DNA from: an uncultured Actinomycetes bacterium
GTDB lineage: Bacteria; Actinomycetota; Thermoleophilia; RBG-16-64-13
Direction of reading: 5' to 3'
Assembly: GCA_963784835.1 (NCBI GenBank)
Contig: CAWASM010000002.1
Location: 108,930 to 172,929 of the forward strand
Length of the DNA stretch: 64,000 nucleotides
The notes under the pieces were generated by a model. The model saw nothing but the letters and a program-made list of their open reading frames with translations, was not told the DNA's origin and made no database searches. The position numbers and the translations under genes are program-made. Below, piece after piece: positions 1-11,901 of this stretch (the stretch's first letter is position 1; every line of letters begins with the position of its first letter).

Positions 1-1
1 C

Positions 2-511
2 GAAGGCTACATGAACACCGGCGTGCAGCGCTCGGGCACCACACCCCAGGGGGCCATCACCGCCACCACGCCTATAAAGGGCAAGCTGCAGCAGAAGAAG
101 GACGTGCCGGCCATCATGGCCGCGCACGGCATCGACTACGTGGCCACCGCCTCGGGAGCCTACCCGCTGGACCTCTACGACAAGATCAAGAAGGCCATCT
201 CCATGGAAGGCACCAAGTACATCCACATCCACACGCCCTGCCCGCCCGGCTGGGGCTTCGACCCGCGCTACAGCATCAAGCTGGGCCGGCTGGCGGTGGA
301 GACGGGCTACTACGACCTCTACGAAGTCGAGCGCGGCGAGTTCCGGCTTACCGGCGCTTCGGAGAAACTGCTGGAGAAGCGGCAATTGTCCCGGTCGGCG
401 ACTATCTGAAGGCCCAGACTCGCTTCAAGCTCCTCACCGACGAGAAGATCGCCGAAGATACAGGCCCAGGTGGACGCCAAGTGGGCCGCCTACTACCGGG
501 CGAACGAATAG
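2..511 (+). CDS. Pyruvate/2-oxoacid:ferredoxin oxidoreductase beta subunit, C-terminal part (5' end outside window); two compensating frameshifts between ~400 and ~460
   Basis: TPCPPGWG motif and ...PVGDYLKAQTRFKLLTDEKIAE...QAQVDAKWAAYYRANE tail typical of PorB/KorB; reading frame leaves at ~405 and returns at ~458. Confidence 0.6.
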
Positions 512-559
512 GCGAACTGGACCCGTGGCTCCAAGCCAACGAGCTGCCGATCCTGCCTT

Positions 560-933
560 TTGCCTCAGCCTCCCTGTGGGAAGAGTGGCTTGCCGGAGAA
601 TCACGCCCGAGCCCGACGGTATTTGGCTCAAGATCGCCAAGAAGGCGCCGGTGTACCCTCCGTCACCTACGAGGAAGCCCTTGAGGCGGCGTTCTGCTAC
701 GGCTGGATCGATGGCCAACGCAAGGCCTTCGACGGCACGTACTACCTGCAGAGACTCACTCCGCGGCGGCCAAGAAGTGTGTGGTCGCGAAGCAACACGA
801 GAGAGTCGCCCGGCTGACCGCCGCCGGCAGGATGCAGCCGGCCGGCTTGGCCCAAGTGGAAGCCGCCAAACAAGATGGCCGCTGGCAGGCCGCCTACGGT
901 GGCTTGCGAAGAAGCGAAGGCGCCGACAGTTAG
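560..933 (+). pseudogene. YdeI/OmpD-associated family protein, frameshifted and C-terminally truncated
   Basis: EEALEAAFCYGWIDGQRKAFDGTYYLQRLTPRRPRSVWS then shifted frame ...ARLTAAGRMQPAGLAQVEAAKQDGRWQAAY. Confidence 0.45.
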
Positions 934-1016
934 TCGTCGCCCGTTGTCGGGTATCTGCCCTCCAAGGGAGAGCAGATCTTCCCGATCCATTGATCGCGCC
1001 AGGAGGAGATGGACAG

Positions 1017-1414
1017 ATGGCTGGTTTGAGAGACATACCGGTGTCCGGCGTTCTTCGCGCTGATGATTTTCAACGCGCGAAGAAGTTCTACACAGAAGTG
1101 CTGGGCCTTGCGGAAGCCCAGGAGTCGGCGGACCAACCCACAGGGGATGTTCACGGCGGGGGCAGGGTCCATGGTCTCCGTCTACGAGCGTCCCGGGCTC
1201 CCGGCTCCCGAAAACACGACCTTGTGTTTCGGCGTGCCGGCCGACAAGTTCGATGAGTGGTCGCGGAATTGCGTGCCAAAGGGGTCGTGTTCGAAGAGTA
1301 CGATCTGCCGGAGATGGGTCTTAAGACGTCGCCGGGGTCGCGACGTACGAGGGCAACAAGGCCGCCTGGTTCAAAGACAGCGAGGGCAACATCGTCAGCC
1401 TGAGCACGAGGTAG
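1017..1414 (+). pseudogene. VOC/glyoxalase-family protein with several frameshifts
   Basis: VSGVLRADDFQRAKKFYTEVLGL ... VAELRAKGVVFEEYDLPEMGLKT ... TYEGNKAAWFKDSEGNIVSLSTR spread over three frames. Confidence 0.4.
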
Positions 1415-1726
1415 GCGGCCTGGACCAGAAAGAGATAGGGGAGCGTCCAAGTCGACGGTCAAGAGGCAGAAGGTGTATCGCCACCAGGGAGGTCTACGAG
1501 TAGGCTCAGTGGGTGGACGGCAGGGACGGAAGAGCCGGAGCCTATGTCGCCCATAAGGGCAGGAGTCCTACGATCTGACCGGTGGAGCCTCGATGGTGGG
1601 CAACTCGCGAGAGGGCGATCAGGAGGGCGAACATAAAGCCGGGGCGGATCTGGCGGCAGAGATGGAGCGACGCTCCGCACAGATATCCCGACGAGTCCTG
1701 CGATGCCTTCCCCGTCGTGGGCATCA

Positions 1727-3065
1727 CTAGCTGAGTGGCTGCGCTCTGAAGGCTAGCCGGTTCCTTCCCCATCGGCCCGCGCCTGTTGGGCGACGCGCTT
1801 GTTCGCAGCTTGGTGAGCCCGCCGGTAGAGCGGGGCTGCCGCGAAATAGATCGCCCCTCCGATCGTGTAGGCGGCGGCTTTCGACACGGCCTGAGCCGCG
1901 TAGCCCAAGCCCACCTGTCCCGCGACACCGCCGACATCCGAGAAGACCGAGTCGAACGACAGCACCGTAGCGCGTTGCGCGGACGGGATATGGTCGTTGA
2001 TGATAGGCCTGGCGCACCGGCCCCAGGATACCGGACAACATCCCGAATCCCACCAGCAACACGACCAGGACCGCGAAAGCGGCGACGTTGCCGGTGCCTG
2101 TTACCAGGCCGAGGATGCCAAGGCCGGTGGCGCAGACAGCCATCCCAGTCGAGGTCCATGCGAGTACGAGTCCGGGCCTCTTCCCCAGCCTGCCGCGGGA
2201 GATCCGCCCCACAAGACTATTGCCGGCGACGCCGGACAGCGCGAAGAGCGCGGTGATGACCCCTGCCACCCAGACGAGGTTCCCTCGCCCGAGCATGTCG
2301 AGAGCATACGGCTGCGAAGCATAGAACAGGTACCAGAGCAACAGTCCGTTCACGAGCGAAGTGAACAACAGCGGCCTCACCACCGGGTGACGCCATCCGT
2401 AGGTGATCCCGGTGCCAAAGATCTTCCGGCTCTCCTCTCCGAAGCGAGAGAACCTGAAGGAGCGCGGCTCGAAACCGAGCTCATGCATGAACGCGAAGGT
2501 GACCGCAAACGCGATGACCAGTAGCCCGGTGCGAACAAGATAAGGGATGGCCAAGCTGAGCTGCCCGAGCAGCCCACCTGCCAGAACCCCAGTGAGCATG
2601 GAGATGCCCGTGAAGATGCCGTTGCGCGCGAAAACGCGGTCTTTGCTGCCCGCGTAGCCCGTCGCGTCCAGGGCATCCACCAGCCAGGCATCCACCGCCC
2701 CGGTCTGACAGGTGAAGCCAAATCCGAGAACGACTGAGGCCAGAATGAAACCCGGGAGTCCCCAGTGGAATACGGCCGACCCCACGTACCCCAAGGTGGC
2801 TACGGCCAAAGATGCAATGCCGATGAGGAACGAAGCCCGCCGGCCGATAGTGTCGGCGATGACGCCGGTCGGCACCTCGAACAACGATCTGGCCTGCGCT
2901 GAAGGTGGCGTTGACCAGCATGACCCAGAAGATGTTCAAGCCCGCGTCGAGCAGGAAGAGCGTGTTGACACCCCAGATGATCGAGGCTGACAGAGTGAAC
3001 AGTGAGTTGAGAGAGTAGTAGGTGCGTTCGATCCGGGTGATGATGGCTTGGGCGTCAGGATCCAT
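1727..3065 (-). CDS. MFS transporter (frameshift near 2885)
   Basis: Two overlapping minus ORFs (2481..3065 N-term, 1727..2884 remainder) with hydrophobic 12-TM-like MFS sequence. Confidence 0.6.
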
Positions 3066-3068
3066 GTG

Positions 3069-4001
3069 TCACCTATAGCGGATGCGCGGGTTAAGCAGGG
3101 CATAAATAACGTCGGCTACCAGATTGGCGAGCGCGAAGATCGTGACGATTATCATCGTCGTAGCCTGGATGAGGGGCAGATCGCGCCGCTGGACGGCGAA
3201 GAGCACCAGTCGTCCCAGACCGGGATATCCGAACACCGACTCGGTCACGATCAGCCCTCCTATGAGCCAGCCCACGCCCGCCGCGATCACCGTGACAGTG
3301 GGCAGCAGAGAGTTGCGGAGCACATGCCTGAACAGCACGTTCCCAGCCGAGAGGCCCTTCAACCTAGCGGTGCGGACGTAGTCGGTCTCGAGGACCTCCA
3401 CGGTACCGGCCCGCGTCATCCGCACGACATAAGCCAGACTGGTGAGTGAGACCGTCAGCCCCGGCAAGATGAGGCTGGGGAGCGCGGCGAAGAACCCGGT
3501 GCCCGGAGCGATGGCCGACGAAGACGGGAACCAGTGCAGGACGCGGGAGAACAAGGCGATGAGCAGGACCGCGGTGACGAACTCCGGCAGCCCGACGAAC
3601 GCAAGAGAGCCCGCCGAGATGACCTGGTCCAGGTACGAGTTGCGCCTCCACGCCGCGACGACCCCCAGCAGGATGCCCAAGGGCACATACATGAGGAAAG
3701 CCACCAATGCCAGCATGGCGGAATTGCGCAGCCTCTCCAGAGTGACACCGCGCACCTCTTCGCCGAGGCTGAGCGAAGTACCCCAGTCGCCGCGCGCCAA
3801 GTCGCCCAGCCAGTTGCCGTACTGGACCACCAGGGGCCTGTCGAGACCCAGTTCCTTGCGAAGGGATTCCTTTGCCTGCTCGGAGGCCTCCCGACCGAGG
3901 ACCATCGTGGCCACGTCGCCGGGCAACACGTGCGTGGCTCCGAAGACCAGCATGCTCGACAAGAGCACCGTCAGGACGACGAATCCCAGGCGGCGCAGGA
4001 T
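3069..4001 (-). CDS. ABC transporter permease, DppB/OppB-like (1-nt insertion at N-terminus)
   Basis: ...VFGATHVLPGDVATMVLG..., C-terminal ...VADVIYALLNPRIRYR; expected MTRLILRRLGFVVLTV start is split by an extra c near 3985. Confidence 0.65.
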   Translation of the reverse strand: MLRRLGFVVLTVLLSSMLVFGATHVLPGDVATMVLGREASEQAKESLRKELGLDRPLVVQYGNWLGDLARGDWGTSLSLGEEVRGVTLERLRNSAMLALVAFLMYVPLGILLGVVAAWRRNSYLDQVISAGSLAFVGLPEFVTAVLLIALFSRVLHWFPSSSAIAPGTGFFAALPSLILPGLTVSLTSLAYVVRMTRAGTVEVLETDYVRTARLKGLSAGNVLFRHVLRNSLLPTVTVIAAGVGWLIGGLIVTESVFGYPGLGRLVLFAVQRRDLPLIQATTMIIVTIFALANLVADVIYALLNPRIRYR

Positions 4002-6164
4002 GAAGCCGGGTCATCCTCGCCGGCTCCCTGCAGCGCCGCGAGTTCCTGCAACGGGATGTGACAGCAGATGGCGTGTCGGGCGGCGGCGGCGACCGCGTCC
4101 GCCGTCGCGTCCCGCGCGATGACCCTCCCGTCGGACAAGCGCCAAGGTGGCGCCTGGTCGCGGCAGAGCTCGCCGAGATATCGGGGGCAGCGGGGGTGGA
4201 ACCGGCACCCCGACGGGATCTCCGCGCTGCTCGGTGCGTTGCCACGCAGCCTCACCCGGGTGTCGCGCGACGTCGGGTCGGCGACGGGCACCGCCGAGAG
4301 CAGGGCCTCCGTATATGGGTGATAGGGCGGAGCAAGGACCATCGCCGCCTCGCCCTGCTCCATCGGCGTGCCTAGGTACATCACGCCTATGAGGTGAGAA
4401 AGGTGCTGCACGGCCGCCAGGTCGTGGGAGATGAACAGGTACGAAGTCCCCGCTTCGTCTTGCAGGTCGGCGAGGAGGTTCATCAGCGCTCCCTGCACCG
4501 AGACGTCCAGAGACGAGACCGGCTCGTCGCAGATCACCAGACCGGGGCCGGCGGCGAAAGCCCGAGCAATCGCCACCCGCTGTTTCTCGCCACCGCTCAA
4601 CTCCCCCGGGTAGCGATCGAAGTACGCAGCCGGCAGCCGGACAGCCTCCAGCAACTCGCAGCGCTCTCTGCCCGGCCTCCTGTCTATCCAGACCTGCCAG
4701 GAGCATCAGGGGCCGCACGATAGCCTGGCCCACCGTCTGCCTGGGGTTCAGAGACGTTTCGGGGTTCTGGAACACCATCTGGAGCCTGCGGAGCACCGAA
4801 GGGTCCCGACTGCCCACGGCGGCCTCCAGCCGCGCCCCGTCCAAAGAGACGCGCCCGCGGCTGGGAGTGGTGAGTCCCGCCACGATGCGGGCAAGGGTGG
4901 TCTTGCCACTGCCGCTCTCCCCTACAAGGCCGAAGGTCCGCCTCGCGTCCAGGCGGATAGTCGCACCGTCCACGGCCTTGACTGTCGAGTGTCCGCGAGG
5001 CTCGGAAAAGTCCTTGGCAACGTCCTCGACAGCAAGGAGGGCAGTCGAAGAAGCCTCGGGAGCCGCCAGCGGGCCCCGGCGCGCCTGCCGGCCTGCGCCG
5101 CCGGAGCCCGGGTCAAGCTGAAGAGCCGCCCGCCGCCCCCCCTCCGACAGGAGGACCTGCCATCTTAGGCAGGCCGTCCTCCGGCCGCCGTCCGCTTCCA
5201 CCAGGGGCGGCCGGGCCGCCCTGCAGTCCTCCACCGCTAGGGGGCACCGGGGGGCAAAGACACATCCTGAAGGCAGATCGTCCAATTGGGGCAAGGAGCC
5301 CAGGATCGTCGCCAGCCTTCCCTCGAAGGGCGATGCACCCAGCCGGGGCACGCAGTGCAGTAGGTTGGCCGTGTAGGGATGGAGGGGTCGCGCAAAGAGG
5401 TCCGCGGCGGAAGCCTCCTCGAAGATCTCGCCGGCGTACATGACGGCGATCCGGTCGCAGATGCGAGCCACGACCCCCAGATTGTGAGTGATGTAGAGGA
5501 TGGCCATCTGGAACTCGGCCTTCAGATCGTCCAGCAGGTCGAGAATGGTGGCCTGGGTGGTCACGTCCAGACCGGTGGTCGGCTCGTCCATGATCAGAAG
5601 GTCCGGGTGGGTGAGCAACGCCATCGCGATGGCGCAACGCTGGAGCATCCCTCCGGAGAGCTGGTGCGGATACCTGGATACCACCTCCCCGGAGTCGGAC
5701 ATGGCGACGCGCTCGAGCATGCTCAGCGACGCCGCGCGGGCCGCCCGTCGGCCAAGGCCCAAGTGCCGTCGTCCCATCTCGTCCAACTGCTGGCCCACGG
5801 TGAGGGTCGGGTTCAGGGCGGCCTGAGGATTCTGACTGACCAATCCGATCTTTGAGCCCCATATGCGCCGCAACTCGCGTCGGGGACTGCCGGCAAGGTC
5901 AACGCCGGCAAGTCGCGATGTGCCGCTCTCGACTCGTCCGTTGGTGGGTAGATAGCCGATGGCCCCAAGCGCAAGAGTGGTCTTCCCCGAGCCCGATTCG
6001 CCCACCAGCCCGATCGTCTTCCCAGGGGGGACATCCAGGCTCACGTCCCGCACCGCGCGCACCGGGCCCTGCTCCGTCCGGTAGACCACCGACAGCATCT
6101 GGGTCGCAAGCGTCGACGCCGCCACCTGGCCGGGCGCCGTCACATGGCCGGGCGCCGCCCTCAT
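3971..6164 (-). CDS. Fused double ABC ATPase (DppD-DppF-like), frameshift near 4660
   Basis: Two Walker A motifs GESGSGKTT, LSGGEKQRVAIARA signature, C-terminal oligopeptide-ABC extension with CRFHPRCP. Confidence 0.7.
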
Positions 6165-6165
6165 C

Positions 6166-7058
6166 TCACCTGGCCTCCCGCGCCCCGGCAGGGCCGAATA
6201 CGCGCCGCAGACCGTCGGCCATCAGACTGGTCCCTATCACCAGCAGCGAGATCGCCCCGGCTGGGAAGAGCAGCATCCAGGGGGCCGCGTCGAAGAAGGT
6301 GCGGGCTTCGTTGACCTGGCGACCCCAGTCGGGATTGGGCGGAGGCACGCCCAACCCCAGGAAGCCCAGAGAGGCCACAAGGAATATGGAGTAGGCGAAC
6401 CGGATGGACGCCTCGACCAGCAGCGGAGGCAGCGCGTTGGGCAGCATCTCCCGAAAGAGGATATAGCGCCTCTTCTCGCCCCACAGCCGGGCGGCCTCGA
6501 CGAATTCTCGCGTGCGCAGATCGAGGACCATGCTCCGAGCGATGCGGGCGAACATCGGGATGTAGAGCACAGCTATCACGAGGATCAGGTTGAGATCGGA
6601 GGGGCCGGTGGTGGCCAGCAGGACCATGGCCAGCAGCAGCGCCGGGAAACGCGAGTAACACGTCCAATACGCGCATGATGGCTTCGTCCCAAAGGTGCCC
6701 TACGTACCCAGCCAGCAATCCCAAAGAGGTGCCGATGACGGCCGCCAGTAGAGTGCCCACCCCTCCCAGGTAGAACACGTCGCGCGCTCCCACCAGAACG
6801 CGGCTGAAGACGTCGCGCCCGAAGTTGTCGGTACCCATCCAATGCCCCACGCTGGGGCCCTGGAGGCGTCTGGGTCGCGTCTTGGGCGGTGTAGTCGTAG
6901 GGCGCGATGAGCGGCCCGAAAAGAGCCATCAACAGGAAGAGGACAAAGATCACCGTGCCGGCCAGCGCGACCGGCTGCCGGCGAAGCCGGCTCCAGAAGC
7001 GGGCGGCTCCCCGGAGACGGAGCAGCCGGCCGGAGTGTGCTGCGACCTCCCTGCTCAC
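6166..7058 (-). CDS. ABC transporter permease, DppC/OppC-like (frameshifts near 6640 and 6850)
   Basis: GTG start VSREVAAHSG..., WMGTDNFGRDVFSRVLVGARD motif, C-terminal ...LILVIAVLYIPMFARIA... Confidence 0.6.
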
Positions 7059-8663
7059 CTATAAAGTAGGCGGCGCGGAACAGAGTGCGGGACCAGTCAG
7101 GCGCCAGCTCGACGCCCTGCACTTTCGCACTCGCCCCGGCTGCGGCCGTCTCGAAGAACGGCACGATGACCGGACCGCGTTCGATCAGGATCTGCTGTGC
7201 CTGCTTGTAGAGATCGGCGCGCTTGGCTCGATCGAGCTCACTGTTGATCTGCGCGACGAGGGTGTCGAACTCGGGGTCGCTCCAGTGTGATTCGTTGTAG
7301 GCGGCGCCGGTGACGTACGCGGCGTTGAAGTAGGTGTTGGGAGTGGCTCGAGCCCCCCATTCGGTGATGCCGAAATCGACCTTGAGCCAGCTGGTGTCGC
7401 CCTCCCCGTAATACACGTCCGGAGGCAGCGTCTGGATGTCCACCGTCACCCCGATGGCCTTCATCTGCTCCTTCCACACCGTCGCGATTGCCGGCACCTC
7501 AAGGGCCTGCTGGGCATAGAGAGTTATGGTCAGACCACCCGCGAACCCGGCTTGGGCCAGCAGGGTCTTGGCTTGGGCTGGATCGTAGGCGGGAGCTTGA
7601 TCCAGATAGTAGTCCCCGTAGGCCGGGCCCACGGGCGTGCCGTTGCCCACCACCGCCAGCCCCGGCCGCACCTGATCGATGAGTCCCTGGTGGTCGGTGC
7701 CCAGCTGCAGTGCTTGGCGGACACGCGGGTCGGCCGCCGGGTGTCCGGCGTCGGAACGCATGTGGATCACATAGTGGAAGGCGCTGGAGGGCCCGGTGAT
7801 GATCTTCAAAGTGGAGTCGGCTCCGATGGAATCGACCAACTCGGAGGTCAGCCCGGCCACGAACTGCACCTGATCTCCCCGCAGGGCCTCCACCTGGCCG
7901 GCCAAGTCGGGCGAGAAGATGAACTGTATCTCATCAAGGTAGGGGAGCCGCGTGCCCTGAGCGTCCTGCATCCAGTATCCGGATTCTTCTTAAGAATGGC
8001 CCTATCTTCCGCCGAGTACGACTCTATGGTGAAGGGGCCCGTGCCCACCCATTCCGCCGCGGGATCGGCGATCGCCTTGGAGAGAATGGCCGCGTGGTAG
8101 TCGGCTACATCGCTCGGGAATTCCGGGTTGGGTTCTTTGAGATCAAACTCCACGTGACCCGGGTCAAGAGCCTTGATGCCGGTGACGTTGGCATAGAGGC
8201 CGACCAGCGGCGAGCCGACGTCGGGGTCGCGGAGCCGGTCGAAAGTATAGACCACATCGTCGGCGGTGAACGGCGAACCGTTGGAGAACTTGACCTCGGA
8301 GCGAAGGGTGAAAGTCCAGACCTTGCCGTCCGGAGACGCCCATTCGGTGGCAAGCCCAGGGAGCAACTGATTGTCCTGCCCCACCTCCACCAGCCAGTCG
8401 TAGACCTGCTGGTTGATCAGGATGTCGGAGCGCGCGCTCGCGAACGCCGGGTCCCGGTTGGCCGCCGGCTCGGCGGCTACCTGGAGGACCCCCCCGGTCT
8501 GGACCGCAGCCATGGTGGTAGACGCGCCGGCCGGAGACGACGTGGTGGTATCTTGGGTGCCCGAGCCGCAGCCTGCGAGAAGAAGAACAGCCGCCAGGAT
8601 CAGCAGCCAAGATGATCCTCGGGATAGCCTCCCACCCTCTGCCCTCGCTGAGTCAGACCACAT
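7059..8663 (-). CDS. ABC substrate-binding lipoprotein, family 5 (peptide/nickel), frameshift near 7970
   Basis: Signal peptide plus lipobox LLLAGCGSG; family-5 SBP sequence continues in the 6700..7971 ORF; expected TAG lies at 7059 after frame correction. Confidence 0.65.
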
Positions 8664-8876
8664 CGTATCCCCTCCTTGTCCGGATCACGGCAGACTGCAA
8701 GCTTCTTGCTGGTTCACGCCACAAGTTACCCGTGGGCATCTCGGCTCAAACGGCTGGGGGGCCGCGGCCGGCGCCTCGCAACAGCCGTCTTGGTTTGCGA
8801 CTCGAGCGTCCCAGGGGAAGAGATGCTAGACAACGGAGAAAGTGCCATCCCAAGGACACGAAGAGCGGAGGAGCCG

Positions 8877-10262
8877 ATGTCATCGACGCGCCAGTACGAT
8901 GCGATCATCATCGGGGCCGGTCAGGCGGGGGTCCCCTTGGCAAAGAGCTTGGCCAACGCCGGCTGGCGAACAGCCCTTGTGGAGCGGGAGCACGTAGGCG
9001 GAAGTTGCATCAATGAGGGGTGCACCCCCACCAAGACCATGGTCGCCTCGGCCCGTGTGGCCTATCTCGCCCGCAGGGCCGCGGACTACGGGGTGACGAC
9101 TGGCGCCGTGTCGGTCGACATGGGCGCGGTCAGACAAAGAAAGCGCGACCTGGTGGAGAGCTGGCGCGCAGGCAGCGAGCGCCGCCTGCGCGCCCTGGAC
9201 AACCTGGACCTGTTGATGGCGGAAGCCAGTTTCGTGGGGTCACACCAGATCGCGATCCGGCCATCTGAGGGAGAGACTCAGGTTGTTCAGGCGGAGCGCA
9301 TCTTCGTTAACACGGGTGCGCGCCCCTCGGTGCCCCCTTTGCCCGGACTCCAGCAGGTCCCCTTCTTGGACTCGACCACCATCATGGAACTCGACGAGAT
9401 CCCCGAGCACCTGCTGATCCTTGGCGGAGGGTACGTCGCGGTGGAGTTCGGCCAGATGTTCCGGCGCTTCGGAAGCAAGGTGACGGTCGTCCAGAGGAGA
9501 GATTCGCTCCTCGTCCGCGAGGACACCGACGTGGCTGACGCGTTGGCCACGATACTGCGGGAGGACGGCATCGAGTTGGTGCTGGGAGCCGAAGCCCGCG
9601 AGGTCGCCGCCGGGTCCCAGGGGGGAGTGTCGTTGAAGGTCGTGGTGGCATCCGGCGCCCGCACCTTGACCGGGTCCCACTTGCTCGTGGCGACCGGGAG
9701 GACCCCGAACACGGCGGCACTCGACCTGCCGGCCGCCGGCCTCCAGGTAGAACAAGCGGGCATATCCCGGTGAACGAGCGCTTGGAGACTAAGGTCAGCG
9801 GCATCTACGCTCTGGGCGACGTCAAGGGAGGACCGGCTTTCACGCACATCTCCTACGACGACTTCCGTATCATCCGCACGAACCTGCTGGAGGGTGGCGA
9901 TGCCACCATCAACGGCCGGCTCGTGCCCTATACCGTCTTCATGGACCCGCAACTCGGTCGTGTGGGCATCAGCGAGCGCGAAGCTCGCGACAAGGGGCTC
10001 GCAGTCAAGGTCTTCACCATGCCCATGGACTACGTCGCCCGCGCCCTGGAAGTGGACGAGTCACGAGGGTTCATGAAGGCCGTGGTCGATCAGACGACCG
10101 ATCGCATCTTGGGCTTCACGGCGTTGGGGATCGAGGGCGGCGAACTGATGGCCATGGTCGAGGTGGCCATGATGGGCGGGGTGACGGCTTCCGCCCTTCG
10201 CGAGAGCCGTATTTGCCCATCCGACACTGGCCGAATCACTGAACAACCTGTTCGCCGGTTAG
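8877..10262 (+). CDS. FAD-dependent pyridine nucleotide-disulfide oxidoreductase (class I; RclA/MerA/Lpd-like), frameshifts near 9770 and 10190
   Basis: [18 protein letters not shown]...[13 protein letters not shown] redox-active disulfide; C-terminal [13 protein letters not shown] dimerisation motif sits in a shifted frame. Confidence 0.6.
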
Positions 10263-10358
10263 AGACGGCACAAGTCACCGCCGCCTAGCTGGGAGTTTCG
10301 CTACGCGCCCGTTTGGGGGATATCGAAGCGAAAGAGCAGTCTGCGAAGGAGGAGTCCC

Positions 10359-10568
10359 GTGGGTAAGGTACCGGATACACCAGAAAACATGGCGCGCTGC
10401 ATGTGCGGCGGCTGCCCATCCTATCCCGGCGAGGGCGGCTTCTTCTGCGCCAAGGGCAAGAGCGCCAAGGAGATAACCAAGCGGGGTTGCCTCTGTGCTG
10501 GCTGTCCGATATTCAGGGCCAACGGTCTTACCGGCGGTTACTTCTGCGTCGCCGGCCAGGCGGAGTGA
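10359..10568 (+). CDS. DUF2769-type small cysteine-rich protein
   Basis: CMCGGCPSYPGEGGFFCAKG...GCLCAGCPIF...YFC motif arrangement. Confidence 0.5.
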   Translation: MGKVPDTPENMARCMCGGCPSYPGEGGFFCAKGKSAKEITKRGCLCAGCPIFRANGLTGGYFCVAGQAE

Positions 10569-11113
10569 CTGCCGCCCCGCGCCTGCTTGCCCTGGTGGCG
10601 CTCGCCACGCTCTTCGCCATGCCGGTCGTCTTGGCCTGCTCCTCGGCCGATGGTACCGACCCGACGACGACAAGTGCCGCCACGGGCTCGTCCGGCGCCA
10701 CCAGCGAGACGACGGGCACCAGCAGCTCTGCGGCCCAGGTCGGCGACCCCGGTCCTGACGGGGTGGGCATTGTAGTGGCCAGCTCCGACGGATCGGGCAC
10801 CTACGTCGACATCACTCCCGACGAGCTTGCCGCTATGCTCAAGCACAAGGACTTCCTCTTCATCAACGTCCACATCCCATACGCGGGGGAGATCGAGCAG
10901 ACAAACCTCTTTCTACCCTATGATCAGGCCGCCGAGCAATTGGACCAGCTCCCGGCCGACAAGAGCGCCAAGATCGTCGTCTATTGCCGTAGCGATCGCA
11001 TGAGCCGTATCTCGGTGAACGAGTGGGTCAAGGCCGGCTACACGAACCTCTACAATCTCGACGGCGGATTCGATGCCTGGGAAGCGGCCGGTTACAAGCT
11101 TCTGCAGAAGTAG
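10565..11113 (+). CDS. Rhodanese-domain lipoprotein (sulfurtransferase-like)
   Basis: GTG start overlapping the DUF2769 stop (GTGA); signal plus lipobox VVLACSS; Ser/Thr-rich linker; rhodanese fold with active-site Cys in VVYCRSDRMS. Confidence 0.6.
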   Translation: MTAAPRLLALVALATLFAMPVVLACSSADGTDPTTTSAATGSSGATSETTGTSSSAAQVGDPGPDGVGIVVASSDGSGTYVDITPDELAAMLKHKDFLFINVHIPYAGEIEQTNLFLPYDQAAEQLDQLPADKSAKIVVYCRSDRMSRISVNEWVKAGYTNLYNLDGGFDAWEAAGYKLLQK

Positions 11114-11203
11114 ACGACAGTCCCAGGGGATGCGATTCTGACTTCGTGTCAATAACGCGTGCGCACCTGGATTCTTGCCGAGATTGCGCTATCATGGTCG
11201 AGT

Positions 11204-11233
11204 ATATAACCGTGCAAGCGCGTATACGTGAGC
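11204..11233. repeat. 30-bp box ATATAACCGTGCAAGCGCGTATACGTGAGC (copy A), just upstream of the truncated acr3; candidate ArsR operator/promoter
   Basis: Near-identical copy B at 11761-11790 (3 mismatches). Confidence 0.5.
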
Positions 11234-11278
11234 AAGGCCTGGCCGACTGCTCTCGTTTCGGCAAAGGTGAGGGAGCGC

Positions 11279-11640
11279 ATGAAGCGCCTTGGGTTTCTCG
11301 ATCGGTTCTTGACCCTGTGGATCTTTCTGGCCATGGGCATCGGGGTGGCGGCGGGGTACTTCTGGCCCCAGATAGGCAAAGCCATAGAGCGCGCGTCTAT
11401 CGGCACCACCTCCATCCCCATCGCCATCGGGCTTATCGTCATGATGTACCCGCCTCTGGCCAAGGTGCACTACGAGGAACTGGGCGACGTCTTTCGCAAT
11501 TGGAAGATCCTGGGGCTGTCGCTTGTTCAGAACTGGATCATCGGCCCCATCCTCATGTTCTTCCTGGCGATCCTCTTGCTCTCGGACATGTCGGCTCTCA
11601 TGCAGGGCTTCATGATCGGGCTGGCCCGGCACGCATCATC
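11279..11640 (+). pseudogene. acr3: ACR3-family arsenite efflux permease, N-terminal ~120 aa only
   Basis: [30 protein letters not shown]... typical ACR3 start; sequence degenerates after ~120 aa (full length is ~350 aa). Confidence 0.6.
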
Positions 11641-11760
11641 GTCTAACGACGGCCGGGCTCCGCGTCGCCCAACTGGGTGCCGCGATGTCGGTGATCTAGC
11701 TGGTCACCACGGCGAGAGCATAGTCACGTCCCCTCGACATTGGGCTCGGTTTCCGCTTCC

Positions 11761-11790
11761 ATATAACCGTTAAAGCGCTTATACGTGAGC
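11761..11790. repeat. 30-bp box copy B (ATATAACCGTTAAAGCGCTTATACGTGAGC) upstream of arsM
   Basis: Direct repeat of 11204-11233. Confidence 0.5.
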
Positions 11791-11901
11791 GCTGATGACC
11801 AGCAGCTCTCCTTGGGCGAGTGTTGAGGGAGAGCAAGATTTGGGCTGCCCGGCCACGATCGGTCGTTCCATCAAGACACATACCAAGACGGGAGACGAAT
11901 A

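Noticed and set aside
434-1503. Many long antisense or alternative-frame ORFs (e.g. 434..1036-, 525..1256+, 1063..1503+, 3364..4245-, 5113..5862-)
   Set aside because: Arg/Ala/Pro/Gly-rich low-complexity translations are typical of out-of-frame reading of 65% GC DNA. They overlap better-supported genes, or are the wrong-frame halves of frameshifted genes.
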